Of a DNA stretch of 64,000 bases, positions 14,200 through 30,438 are shown in pieces. A program made the position numbers and the translations under genes. Below the pieces are notes generated by a model that did no database searches, was not told the origin of the DNA, and saw only the letters and a list, made by a program, of their open reading frames with translations. The stretch lies in the NCBI GenBank assembly GCA_033442325.1, contig JAWQFM010000002.1:2631144-2695143 (forward strand), in the 5' to 3' direction. How positions within the stretch are numbered: the first letter of the stretch is position 1; each line of letters starts with the position of its first letter. The DNA is from Salpingoeca rosetta. Its lineage: Eukaryota; Protista; Choanoflagellata.

Positions 14200-14653
14200 T
14201 CTGTGTGTGTTTGTATGTGTCTGCGCCTGTATCTGTGTACGTGCGTGTGAATGTGCGAACACAACAGGAAAGGAACATCGCGCCTCTATTTGCTGTCTCA
14301 CAGCTGTCAACTCAAACACAACCGCGTGCATATCTTCCTGCACTCACCCTCCTTTGCTTGTCTCGTCATCCTATACACCCCCCCCCCCCTTTCACACCTT
14401 CATTCAGACCAAAAAGTACTTGCTGTGAAAGAGGAGAACCGCGTTCGTCGCACGTCCCTCCCCACCATCCCCATCCACCTCCCAAACCTTCCCAAGCACG
14501 CGCCAACAGTCGTGGACTTTGTCACCCTGCCGAAAGTCAGGTGCGTTGTGTGTGTGTGTGTGTGTCTGTGTCTGTGTCTGTGTCTGTGTCTGTGTCGGTG
14601 TCTCTGTGTGTGTGTGTCTGTGTCTGTGTCTGTGTCTGTGTCGGTGTCTGTGC

Positions 14654-14693
<40 letters not shown>

Positions 14694-15710
14694 GTGTCTG
14701 TATCTGTGCGTCTGTGTGTGTCCGTGTGTCCGTGTGTGTCCGTGTATTTGTGTGTCAGTGTCCGTGTGTCTGTGTCCATGTGTCTGTGCCCGTGTGTTTG
14801 TGTGTCAGTGCGTACATGTGTCTGTGTGCTATGTCTGTGTCTGTATCCGTCCATCCATTCATCTACCTGTCTGCGTGTGCCCAGAAGAACCTGATGTCCT
14901 GTCACTCACTCGCTTCTTTCTCCTCATCCCACCATCGTTTGTCCCCTGTCGTGTGCGTGTGTTAGGGAGCAAGTCAAGTCGACACAGCAGAAGATGGAGG
15001 AGAAGAAAGCAAAGGAAGAGATGAAGCGAACAATCGCTCAACTCGAACGCGTCGCTTTCCACAAGGTATACATGCGTCTGTGTGCGTGTGTGTGTGTGTG
15101 TGTGTGTCTGTGTGTGTGTGTGTCTGTGTGCGTGTGTGTGTGTCTGTGTGTCTGTGTGTCTGTGTGTCTGTGTGTGTGTGTGTGTGTGTCTGTGTGTGTC
15201 CGTCCTCATTTCCTCCCTTCCTCTCCCCGTTTTCCCATCCACTTCTCTTGCCCATCCACTCTCAATCACGCTCAACCCTCACCACACCACACCCTACCAC
15301 CCCCATCCCCCTTCCCTGCATCGTAGGTCAAGTCAAAGCCAAGCCGAGAGAAGCTTGAGCAAGCGTACGTCACATACAGCGGCAACCCACGCAAGGCGCG
15401 CAGAGCCCTGCAGAAGTACAAGCAAACGCGCACATCCCCAAAGAAATCGCCGAGCAAGTCGCCGACAAAGAGCAGAACACGCAACGGCACCAGCACCAAC
15501 GGTGATGGTGGTGGTACCAACGTGAACGGAAGCCACTCCCCTTTGGCGAACACCCGCGGGCGATCAGGGCAGCGGGACCAAGACTTGCAGCAGGAGCATG
15601 GTGATGATGCCAGTGGTCGTGCGGGGGATGATGCAAAGGTAGTGACTGAAAACGGTGCTGGTGGGAAGGATGGCGGAGATGCACAAGCGCAAGCATCTCA
15701 GGAGCAGTGA
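12285..15710 (+). CDS. Hypothetical multi-exon protein (coiled-coil, possible degenerate EF-hand pair)
   Basis: Coding-like exons between TG-repeat introns: [17 protein letters not shown]...; [22 protein letters not shown]; GVLDYDKWI; [19 protein letters not shown]; stop at 15710. No family recognised. Confidence 0.6.
12775..13050. repeat. (TATG)n intronic microsatellite
   Basis: Direct inspection. Confidence 0.9.
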
Positions 15711-16205
15711 GTTCAACCGATGGTGTCTGTGCCTGTGTTTGTGTGTGTGTCTGTGTGTCTGTGTGTCTGTGTCTGTGTCTGTGTCTGTCTGTCTATGTCT
15801 CGTACATTTTCTCTGTTCCCTTCTTTTCTTCTTCTCCTCTTGTCCTCTTCTCTCTTCTAAGTTACCTGCATCGCTTTGAATGTGTGTGTGCGTTCTGTGT
15901 GCTTGTGTGGCGTCCGGCTTGGCTGTTGCGTGACACTTGCTGTGATACTTGGCTTTGACAGTGTGTGCGAAGCGTGTATTGTCGTGTACGCAAATTGGAG
16001 CCCAGTGTCGTGTGTGGTGATGACAACAAAGCAGAAGGAGCAACACCCTCTTGTGCAATGAACGAAAACAACGTGCAGTAACGATTCGGGGGAAACCAAA
16101 CACGTGGCACATGGTCGTAGGCGACAAACAAACAACAACACAACACCTTACTATGTGAAATGACAACCAACAACAACAACAACCACGGCAGACACTGGTG
16201 ACAAT

Positions 16206-16573
16206 TCACAGAAACTCGTTGCGGTACAGTCTGCGCGCGCGTTTTGCAATGGTGCCGTGTGGATCCCACGTGGTGATGGCGTCCACATCCGCTTGAGGGA
16301 TTGCATCATAGCCGTAAATGGCGCCGGCAAGCTGGCCCGTGATTGCCCCGACCGTGTCGGCGTCACCCCGAAGGTTCACGGCTTTGAGGACAGCAGCGAT
16401 GTACGAGTCTGTTGTCCACACGCAATGCAGCGCCATCGCCAGTCCATCCATGCTGTAGCTGTTGTTATGGAGAAAGGATTGTATGTGTGTGTATGTGTGT
16501 GTGTGTGTTGTGTGTGTGTTGTGTATATGTACGTGTGTGTGTGCGTGTATGTGATGTGTGTGTGTGTGTGTGT

Positions 16574-16608
<35 letters not shown>

Positions 16609-17199
16609 GTGCATGTGTGTGTATGTGTGTGAGCAGAAAATCAGAGTCCTTCTTGACAAGCGTCCATGGCCGCCAACAAAGCCATGCAACCAACGCATAG
16701 GCATCCGCACACGACACACAACGCACACAACGCACACAACGCACACAACGCACACACAACACACACACACGCGGGACTCTCAAGGGGTGCGCACCTGCCA
16801 ATATATCCCGGCTGTGATGATGCGCGTGATTCACAGAATCTGTAGTCTTTGCTCTTCCAGTTCCACCTGCAATGGGCGGGGGAGGTGTGGTGGTGCATTG
16901 GTGGAGGTGCATTTGGTGGAGGTGCATTGGTGGAGTGCGGCGGTGATGTGCTAGTCATACATGCAGTTCAGCAGTGCAGGTCGCCGTGTACATGGGCTGC
17001 GTTTGCTTTGCTGCCCACAGAGGTGCTAACTCCCAGCAACTTGATCGACCACCAACACTCACTTTCGATCGTTCAGGTCGAGGTGCCTGTTCTCTGCGTG
17101 CTCCTCCTCGTCCATGCTCTTCGCAAGACACGTGATGCTGTACGACTCAGGCCCGCTCGGCGTAAACTGAACAGCACAAGGCCAGGATGGGGATGATGC

Positions 17200-17257
<58 letters not shown>

Positions 17258-18810
17258 TGTGTGTGTGTGTGTATCCAGCAGGAAGCAAGTCGCCTCTCTC
17301 CTCCACTTCCTGCCTCTCCCTGCCTCCTCCTCTTCTTTTCACCGCCCCCCTCCCCTCCTCACGTCGATGTTGCCGAGTGCCAGCTGTTTCACGTCTTCGG
17401 GCGTCGCGTCTGCCGGCGCCGAGATTGCGCTCATCATGATGTGCGTCAGCAGACATGCGCAGTGCGCTGCCTCGTGGCCTGTGAACGTGGCGTGGCGTTG
17501 GAGTGTGAGAATTCATGTATGTGTTGGAGGGCAGCGCATCAATCACATGTGCAATTGCACACAGAGACACACAAGAAAACACACACATGCACACATGCAC
17601 ACATGCACACATGCACACATGCACAACAGCAGCGAGCGAGTGACCTTGGTGGGTTGTCTTGCTCTGCTGCCAGGCGACGGCCTGGGCGGTTGCGGTGTCG
17701 TTGGCGCGAGCGAAACGAATGGGGACAGGGGCAAGGCGCATGATCGAGCCATTGCCTACAGCAGACGGGGGAGGTGAGGGGGACAAGGAGGAAGGACGAA
17801 GAGAGGAGTGACGGGGGAGGGGTGGCGTGTAGAAGAGATGGGTGTGTGGGTTACGGAGATAGAAGGTCACAGCTAAGGTTGAGAAGATGAAGGGGAAGAG
17901 GGTAAACACGACAACGAACGCAGGACACGTCATATGATGCGCTTCTCGCAAGAGCACACGAGTTCCCATAATTGCACAGCGCACCTGATGTGGATGTGTC
18001 CCCCGCGGTGGTTGCTTGCCGGTCCGCGTAATCGATAAAGGGGCGCGGACGCACAAACTCGTCAAGCGACTGCAAGCGGGGAGGTATGAGGGGATGAGGG
18101 GATGAATTCGATGGCGTGAGCGCAGGCTTTCGACACACACACACACACACGCATAGCACACACACACACACACACACACGCATAGCACACACACACACGC
18201 ATAGCACACACACGCACAGACACACACAACGTACGGCGCCAATGTTTCCACCAAGGCCGACGGAATGGCGAACGGGATCGTCGTGGCCAAAGGCGTTGTT
18301 GTATCCATGGCTCCACCAATACAGGAAGCGAAGGCGAAGGTCTGTTGCAGAATGGCAGTAGAAGCGTGTGGCGGAGGTTGGGGAAGAGCAAGAGGTGATG
18401 TTCAGGAAGAGGTGGGCTGTGACACATGCATCCACCACAGCACACGCAACAGAGATGCTGGCGTACCATCCATCACATGAGGCTGACTCCCCAGCTGCTC
18501 GTACCGCATGGGTCAAATCCCTGGTGGGTGAGGAGGGAGTCTGCAAGACAGAGCGCCATGCTTGCGTCGTCTGTCCACTGGCCAGGCTTGAGCCTGAAGC
18601 GATTGTAGTGCGACGTGTCCTTCCACAGGCCAGATGACTTCTCCATGCCCTTGTGCTCTGTCGACCCGTAACGCACAGCACTAAACTCCAGCGGCGCCCC
18701 CAACGCATCGCCATCCTGCAGGGATATGTGTGTGCGTGTGTGTGTGTGGGGGGGGGGGTTGTGTGTGTGTATGTATGTATGTGTGTGCGTGTGTGTTTGC
18801 ATGTATGTGC

Positions 18811-18848
<38 letters not shown>

Positions 18849-19507
18849 ATGTATGTGCGTATGTGTGTGTATGTGTGTGTGTATGTGTGTAGAGAGAGGC
18901 ACCCTGACATTTGCATGATGCATATGCATGTGCAGGATGATGATGTGATGTGACTGAGTGTGACATCCACCGGGACGCACCACCAGGCCCATCAGGGCGC
19001 CCATCGCACGCGCTTCCTGCACAGACTCTGGACGAACGTGCTGCACGCGCCATTGGTGCGCCAAATGGTCATGTGATGGTGTGACATGAATGCGAGCGAG
19101 TCGTGTGGGCGACAAAACGCAAACATACACACACACACACACATACACACACATACACACATACACACACGTACCACGCACATACAAATTCACACCTCTG
19201 CCTGCAACTCCTCTTGTGGGAGGATGGAGTACTTGCACAGAGCGACGGGGCTGAGTCCCTTCGTCACTTGCTCCTTCAGCGCATCTGGATACACAAACAG
19301 CTGTGTTGTTGCACACGAAGCAAACAAGTCGTTATGGGTGCTGTCATGCCATGTCATGTCGACTTGGTCAATACCACCACAACAGATAGCCAACCGCCAC
19401 ACCCTCACTGCCCGCTCTCTTTTCCTTCTCCTGCGTGTTTCCTTCCTTGACTCTCGATCACTCACATTGGCTGGGATCTCCCGGTCTGGCTGAGGGTGAT
19501 GAGACAT
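16206..19507 (-). CDS. ADP-ribosylglycohydrolase (DraG/ARH family), multi-exon
   Basis: Motifs [45 protein letters not shown] and [24 protein letters not shown]. Start codon uncertain. Confidence 0.9.
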
Positions 19508-19659
19508 GGTGCCGTGTGCGATGATGAGGGTGCGATGATGAGGCAGTGCCGCTGTGGGAGGTGTTGCGGAGCGGAAATGAATGCGATTGTGTGCAAACAG
19601 TGGACAAGACCCGCCGATGTGACTGTGCAGTTTATTTTTGGCATTCGGACGACACATCA

Positions 19660-21396
<1,737 letters not shown>

Positions 21397-21601
21397 CCTC
21401 GGGCGTGTGTCGGAGCGGATGGCAGACCACTCGATGATGAAGGAGACAAGCGAGGAGCTGTTTGCTTGTTGTTGTACTTTTCGTTTCGCTGGCAGCGGTT
21501 ACGGAACAATGCAAGAAGATTTCACATAATTTTCGGCAGGTTGTGGAAGCTGCTGAACGAGCAAGCAAGAAGCAAGAAGCAAGACGATGTGCAGTGGTGG
21601 T

Positions 21602-22182
21602 GGTTCGTTGGACAAGAGCTAAGTTATGAAGTATTTCTGACACGCCCCTGATGGTGTGATTGGTGGTTCCTGCAAGGCACTACGTAAGGACCTTCCCAAG
21701 CTAGACCGGCTGCAAAAAGTATATTCAACATGATCAAGGTTCCAGCCGCTCCTGCGTCGCGCTGCAGCGAACCCGTGTGTGTCCCGTCTGGCTCTAGCGA
21801 CGGTAAGGTAGCATTCCGGAAAGAGCAATGAACGTCGGTCGCTGAGACAGGCTACCCCCAACCCAAGGGCACTTTTCTCCGTGCTTGACTCCAGGAGATC
21901 CTGAGCATCCATATATGGTTCAACGGGCGCGAAAAGCACGCCCCACATTAGAATGTCAAACGACGATTCAGGCTAGCACAATCCGTAATAAAGACAAATC
22001 ACACCATGAAGCATGGGGGCGGCAGGATGTAGCAAGATACAGGAGAGAGCGATTAGGACATCTAGTGGGGTGCCGTCCTTGCTCCTTTTATTGGTACGGA
22101 AGGCTCACGAAACACGTCCTCCGTTCTCTGCAATCTAGAGGCGTCAGACTTGACGATCCGTGGTCATGGTAAATTCTCGACC
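21602..22182. mobile_element. ~580-bp non-coding insertion flanked by a 22-bp direct repeat (putative target-site duplication)
   Basis: CAAGACGATGTGCAGTGGTGGT occurs exactly at 21580-21601 and 22183-22204. The sequence between lacks the host microsatellites and has no recognisable ORF. Confidence 0.7.
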
Positions 22183-22189
22183 CAAGACG

Positions 22190-24986
<2,797 letters not shown>

Positions 24987-25267
24987 CGTAGCCCATGCGC
25001 GTGAGTTTGTGGTTGTAGTAGAGTAGATGGAAACCTGGAAACAGCACGCGACCGAGGGTTGCGGCTGGCTGTGTTGTTTCAGTTGCGTTCTTTTGTCCCT
25101 CTGGTCAGTAAGAAGTACAAAACCAGAACGCAATGAAAGAAGAAGCAGCATGTGGTTGATGTGAACTTGCAGCACCTGCGCGTATATGTGTGTGGTGGTG
25201 GAAGCAACTCGCATTGCACTCGCGACGACAACACAAGCACAACAGGCGTCAAAAGGAGAAAAATTAA

Positions 25268-25355
25268 TCTCACCGACTGGAATCGAACCAGTGACCGTAG
25301 GAATTCTGAATTAACCGTCTACAATCCCACGCTCTGCCAACTGAGCTACGGTGAG
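25268..25355 (-). tRNA. tRNA-Tyr(GTA) with a 15-nt intron
   Basis: Reverse complement reads CTCACCG TA GCTCAGTTGGCAGAGC G TGGGA TTGTAG [ACGGTTAATTCAGAA] T TCCTA CGGTC ACTGG TTCGATT CCAGT CGGTGAG A. C1:G72 and A73 are eukaryotic Tyr identity elements. Confidence 0.95.
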
Positions 25356-25485
25356 AACGTTGATGAAAGAAAATGTGGAAATTGCACTCATCAAAAGTAG
25401 TCAGCAAGCAGAAGTGAATGTGTGTGCGTTTTTGTGTATGCGCGCGCGCGTGTGTGTGTGCGTGTGTGTGTGTGTGTGTGGGGTG

Positions 25486-25585
25486 NNNNNNNNNNNNNNN
25501 NNNNNNNNNNNNNNNNNNNNNNNNNNNNNNNNNNNNNNNNNNNNNNNNNNNNNNNNNNNNNNNNNNNNNNNNNNNNNNNNNNNNN
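25486..25585. other. Assembly gap (100 N)
   Basis: Run of N. Confidence 1.
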
Positions 25586-25719
25586 TGAGAAAGACAAAGG
25601 GAAAATTCCCCTCATCAAAATAGTACACAACCAATAAAGAGATTTTGTTGTGCTTTTTTTGTAATGCGCCCCCGCGTGCATAATGCCCAGCATCATATAT
25701 GCTAGGCGTACGACTAAAA

Positions 25720-25784
<65 letters not shown>

Positions 25785-26031
25785 CGCGCGCGCGTGTGTG
25801 TCTGTGTCTGTGTGCCTCTGTCTCCGTATCACTGCGTCTGTGTCTCCGTGTCTCCGTATCACTGCGTCTGTGTCTGTGTGCCATCGTCACCGCCCTGCCG
25901 TCGCCTTCCCTCCTCTCTCCTCCCTTCCTCCCTTCCTCCTCCTCCCTCACAATCACTCACCAAGCAAGCAGCTCACCACCCCGCCCCAACCAACGCCCAT
26001 TTCTCCACGTGCCACACGAAGACACCAGGTC

Positions 26032-28290
26032 ATGGAATCCACCGCGTCCCTGTCCTGCTGGACGCAGGTTGCGCAGTACTTGGTGTCGTCTTTCTCCCCC
26101 ACCTCCGCCGCCACTTTCGACTATGCTCTGGGGGATGTGCCTTACTCGATGCATATGGTGCTCCCAAACTTGAGCCGGCGTGGCAACACCCGCGCCTTCT
26201 TCAACCTGATGCTGACGTGTCGACAGCTGTACCACGACTTGCCGTGGGCCGTGCCAAAGTGGTGCCTCGTCGACATGCTTGAAATCCAAGGAAGTGCAGG
26301 GACGTGGCACTGGCTCGACACATTCCGCAAAGGAGGAGTGCCCTCCCTGCCCTTGCCTTCCTCGCGCGGCGATGCTGACGCTGCTGATGGCTCCGCGCAG
26401 TCGACGTGGCTGGAGGGGCGCTTCCTGGCATACTGCTGGCTCGGTGTGACTTGGGACAGCAGATGCCCCTTTCTCCTGAAAAAGATGGCTTCGCCTCCAA
26501 CCACATCACACTTCTGGCACACGTTCGCCCATTGCGGCCGCTTGTACTTTGATGGACTGGACAAGGTGGAGGAATGGGCTGCCCGCACCCTAGAACTAGA
26601 ACAACCGGGCGACGACGCGCATGGATGGCTCGGCAAAGACACCAAGGATTGCGTCGCGCCTCGTCCAGAGGTCGATGCAGACACGGCAAGGTCGGTCGCG
26701 GCAACGCACCAGCCTCTCGAACAACAACAACAACAACAACAACAACAGCAGCAGCAGCAGCAGCAGCAGCAACAACCCTGTCGCCCGGCGCTCTTCAAGA
26801 TGCATACGGATGTAACGGATGAGCGTGGTGCAGATCGCTTTGATCGAGTGCGTACGACGCTCCTGGCTGGGGTGCGCGGTGGCACTGTGGTTGTGGGGGT
26901 TTCAAAATACGAACTACCCCCAGCTGGTCACCGTCCGGTGACGCTCGTAGCATCGAACATCGACAGGCTCCACGTCGTCGGAGACTTCGCCACGGTGATC
27001 AAAAAGCTATCGCTTCGTGACGTGCGCCACGTGCTGGTGTCTTCAAGCGTGACGCTCCATGATGTGCAACGTGTGCAGAGCGTTTGGCTACCTCTTAGTC
27101 CTGCTTCAAGCAGTGATGTCAGCTCCGTGGTGGGCATCCCAAATGTGAACGTTGAATGGCAATGTGGCTGGCGTACGCGGTTTCCTTCTGACGCCCTCAC
27201 CAGCTCTGTCAATACCTTGATTGCGGCTGCAACGGACAGCGTGAAGCTCACCGACCTGTTCTTGTTAGCCGACACCGCCATCCACGCGAGGCGCGTTCGC
27301 CTCGACCACATGCAGAGCGTTCCAGACCAGCTGCACCTGCCAAATACCACGTACATTGAGCTGCTGGCTGGCTCCGGTGTGAAGCAGTTCACGTGTCCTG
27401 CTCGACTACAGCGCCTGGTGATCGACGAAGTCATGGGCAGCCCCCCTGCCATCCCAGACTTTGAGCACGCCGCAGAAGTGCGGCTCAACCTGCGCCACGC
27501 GCTCACGCGGGACCAGCTCTCCTCCCTTGGCCGTCGCGTCGACATGCTCGTGCTTGCTGGCAACACTGTGTCGAGCATGCAGCACGTGGCAGCCATCCCA
27601 CGCTCCGTGTACGTGTGCTTGGAGGATGTCCACGTTGAGGGAATGGTGCCACCGTGTGTGCGGGAGCTGAAGGTGGAGATGCGGGGTGACATATCCGCCA
27701 GCGCTGTGGCCTCTGTGCCACGTCTGCACGTGATTGGCCGAAAGGATCCAGCGCCCACATGGTGCATCCACGACTGCCACCTGCTCTCGGAGAGAAAGGG
27801 GGGCGCGACCTGCCTTGAGCATCTGGCCATTGACGGGGAAATCAGCAATTGCGACCACCTCGCGCTTCAGGAGTGTCGCGGATCCGTTGCCGTTGCATCA
27901 ATCGGCTCATTCACTGCCATCGCAGCGTTTGTGGGGGTGGACATGGTGGACGAGACGGGGGTGGAATACGGACCGAGGGCATTTGGAGATTGGAGGGCGC
28001 GGCCGCGCAAGCGGCTTCTCCAGCGGCCGCGCAAGCGGCTTCTCCACTTGACGTGCGTGCGGGACGTTGCCAGCTGCGAGCTTATCGACTGCACGATCCG
28101 CGACTTTTCTCGTTTCCGGGGCGTGCAGCGGCTTGTTCTGGATGAGTGTAGGTTCGACAGCCTCGACAATCTCCCGCCAATCCCTTGTCTCGTCGTGCGT
28201 GCATGCTACACCAGCGACAACGTCCAATGGCCAGACGCAGTCTTTGTCCAGCGACCAGTTGACGACATGCGACGGCGGCTGGGTGGCTAA
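26032..28290 (+). CDS. Intronless hypothetical protein (~750 aa) with a possible degenerate F-box-like N-terminus and LRR-like solenoid C-terminus
   Basis: Long uninterrupted ORF from MESTASL; VLPNL...FFNLMLTCRQLY; repeated LxxL/V-x-L segments ending RDFSRFRGVQRLVLDECRFDSLDNLPPIPCLVVRAC; polyQ tract. Confidence 0.75.
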   Translation: MESTASLSCWTQVAQYLVSSFSPTSAATFDYALGDVPYSMHMVLPNLSRRGNTRAFFNLMLTCRQLYHDLPWAVPKWCLVDMLEIQGSAGTWHWLDTFRKGGVPSLPLPSSRGDADAADGSAQSTWLEGRFLAYCWLGVTWDSRCPFLLKKMASPPTTSHFWHTFAHCGRLYFDGLDKVEEWAARTLELEQPGDDAHGWLGKDTKDCVAPRPEVDADTARSVAATHQPLEQQQQQQQQQQQQQQQQQQPCRPALFKMHTDVTDERGADRFDRVRTTLLAGVRGGTVVVGVSKYELPPAGHRPVTLVASNIDRLHVVGDFATVIKKLSLRDVRHVLVSSSVTLHDVQRVQSVWLPLSPASSSDVSSVVGIPNVNVEWQCGWRTRFPSDALTSSVNTLIAAATDSVKLTDLFLLADTAIHARRVRLDHMQSVPDQLHLPNTTYIELLAGSGVKQFTCPARLQRLVIDEVMGSPPAIPDFEHAAEVRLNLRHALTRDQLSSLGRRVDMLVLAGNTVSSMQHVAAIPRSVYVCLEDVHVEGMVPPCVRELKVEMRGDISASAVASVPRLHVIGRKDPAPTWCIHDCHLLSERKGGATCLEHLAIDGEISNCDHLALQECRGSVAVASIGSFTAIAAFVGVDMVDETGVEYGPRAFGDWRARPRKRLLQRPRKRLLHLTCVRDVASCELIDCTIRDFSRFRGVQRLVLDECRFDSLDNLPPIPCLVVRACYTSDNVQWPDAVFVQRPVDDMRRRLGG

Positions 28291-28332
28291 CTGTGTAAGC
28301 TGTGTATGTAGTTTGTGTGTGTGTGGTGTGTG

Positions 28333-28432
28333 NNNNNNNNNNNNNNNNNNNNNNNNNNNNNNNNNNNNNNNNNNNNNNNNNNNNNNNNNNNNNNNNNNNN
28401 NNNNNNNNNNNNNNNNNNNNNNNNNNNNNNNN
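28333..28432. other. Assembly gap (100 N)
   Basis: Run of N. Confidence 1.
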
Positions 28433-28498
28433 CTGTATTTTGAAATCATAGATATATAAAAAGGTGCTCTTAGCTTTGTTCTCTCTTCTTTTACTTTC

Positions 28499-28630
<132 letters not shown>

Positions 28631-28946
28631 GTGGGTGTGTGGGTGGGTGGGTGGGTGTGTGTGTGAAGCAGAGGTGAGCCCAGTATTGGCTCAGTTCTGC
28701 TACTATTTCGGTTCTGCTGTTGGTTAGTGTTGTTCTTATTGTTGTGGGACAGTCAAGAAGAGTGAAATGGCCGTCAAGAGTACTGGAGAAGGAAAACGGA
28801 AGAAGGGACAGCGGTCAATGAAAGGAGGAACGAAAGCGATGCAGGAAGCGCGAAAAGAATGCGGCACGGGCACACACACACACACACACAACACACACAC
28901 AGGCACACATGCACACATAACACACATAACACACACAACACACATG

Positions 28947-30203
28947 TCAGCATCCCGGGTCAATGGCGAGGACAGACTCTGCGTCATTTGGGATGCCATA
29001 GATGAGGCCGTTTGGAGCGAGGACGCCGTCGTACCACTTGGCACTCCCGTCAAGTTCGGTTATGGTCGTGGTGTCGGTATTGTTTGTGGCTGGATCGAAA
29101 ATGAGGACTGATGGTGAACTGAATGGGATGCCGACAATGTTGCCGTTGGGTGCGAGTGCGCCGCCGACCCATTTGCCAAAGCTTGTTGCCTCCGCGACGG
29201 GCAGCTGCGCGGTGGCATTGGTGGCTGGGTTGATAACAAGTGTGGTTGCGGTGAGGTACGGGATGGTGTAGATGAGACCGCTGCCTGCAAGCACGCCCCC
29301 ACGCCAATTGTCGTTTGTACCGAGGCCACTGATGGTGGTGAAGTCCATCGTGAGGGACTCTGGATTGATGATGAGAATAGAAGAAGCCAACCTTGGAATA
29401 CAGTAGTAGATGAGGCCGTTGTCTGCCTGCACACCGCCATCCCATTTGTACCTTTCGGTCGGCAGCCCCGCCAGGGTGGTGATGTCGGACGTGTTGGTCT
29501 CCGGATCAATGATCAAAACAGATGTTGCAGAGAATGGAATGCCGACGACGAGGCCGTTGGTGGCTGCAACGCCCCTGCGCCATTTGAAGGTGCCGGACCC
29601 AAGTGAGTCGATGCTTGTGGTGTCAATGGTGTTCGTCTCTGGGTCAACGATGAGCATCGTCTCGCTGACTGATGCAAACATGTAAATGAGGCCGTTGTGC
29701 GCGAGCACAGCACCGGCCCACTTGCCGTTGTCCGCTCCAAGGCCGGATATTGTAGTTGTGTCGACGGTGTTGGCGTCCGGGTCGATGATGAGCACTGCAG
29801 GCGAGTTGTACGGTGCAGCGTAGATCAGGCCGTTGTTCGCCAGCGCGCCTCCAAGCCACTTGTGTGTCGTTGAGGCGACTTGACCAAAGGTCCTGGTATT
29901 TGGAGTGCACACTTTCCCATAGACGCGATCGATGGTGCTCTGCTGCGCCTTAATTGTCCTCTGCTGTGTTGGGACTGTCCGCAACAACGTGTCCATTGTT
30001 TTGAACAGCCCATCCACGCTCATGCCGTTCACAAACACAAATTGGCTTGATGGATCGCTGGTGTTGATGTGGAAGGCACCCGTACCGTCCTCTCCCACCA
30101 CCGCCGCTCCCAGGCAGCCGTTCTGCTGCTCATTCAGCAAGAGCATCCCCACGGCAAACACGGACAAGACAGCCAGCATAGTCACAGTCACGTTCACGGT
30201 CAT
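28947..30203 (-). CDS. Intronless secreted or membrane-anchored 7-bladed beta-propeller protein
   Basis: Hydrophobic N-terminus (MLAVLSVFAVGMLLL), a short coiled coil, then seven ~46-aa repeats KWxGGVLAxNGLIYxIPxxxxxVLIIDP. Confidence 0.85.
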   Translation of the reverse strand: MTVNVTVTMLAVLSVFAVGMLLLNEQQNGCLGAAVVGEDGTGAFHINTSDPSSQFVFVNGMSVDGLFKTMDTLLRTVPTQQRTIKAQQSTIDRVYGKVCTPNTRTFGQVASTTHKWLGGALANNGLIYAAPYNSPAVLIIDPDANTVDTTTISGLGADNGKWAGAVLAHNGLIYMFASVSETMLIVDPETNTIDTTSIDSLGSGTFKWRRGVAATNGLVVGIPFSATSVLIIDPETNTSDITTLAGLPTERYKWDGGVQADNGLIYYCIPRLASSILIINPESLTMDFTTISGLGTNDNWRGGVLAGSGLIYTIPYLTATTLVINPATNATAQLPVAEATSFGKWVGGALAPNGNIVGIPFSSPSVLIFDPATNNTDTTTITELDGSAKWYDGVLAPNGLIYGIPNDAESVLAIDPGC

Positions 30204-30291
30204 CTTGCTCTTGTTTCTGTGCTGTGGCCTTCTCCGCAAGACGCGTGAGTGGACTTGTTTTGTTACGACGAAAATTAGCCATTTACCACAG

Positions 30292-30382
30292 CTCACCGTA
30301 GCTCAGTTGGCAGAGCGTGGGATTGTAGACGGTTAACAACTCAAGTTTCCTACGGTCACTGGTTCGATTCCAGTCGGTGAGA
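30292..30382 (+). tRNA. tRNA-Tyr(GTA) with an 18-nt intron
   Basis: Exons identical to the 25268-25355 copy; intron ACGGTTAACAACTCAAGT; full cloverleaf. Confidence 0.95.
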
Positions 30383-30387
30383 TGTTC

Positions 30388-30398
30388 TTTTTTTTTTT
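30388..30398 (+). terminator. Pol III oligo-T terminator
   Basis: T-run beginning 6 nt after the tRNA 3' end. Confidence 0.75.
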
Positions 30399-30438
30399 GC
30401 TTCATTTCCCGGACGCAATCCAACAACAACACCACACG

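Noticed and set aside
21619-22172. Short ORFs (109 aa minus, 95 aa plus) within the insert
   Set aside because: They have no transposase, RT or other recognisable motif, and such lengths are compatible with chance.
25586-25680. Degenerate direct repeat of about 25361-25455 on the other side of the N gap
   Set aside because: It looks like a low-quality read end overlapping the previous contig (TGAGAAAGACAAAGGGAAAATTCCCCTCATCAAAA versus TGATGAAAGAAAATGTGGAAATTGCACTCATCAAAA). This is an assembly artefact rather than a TSD.
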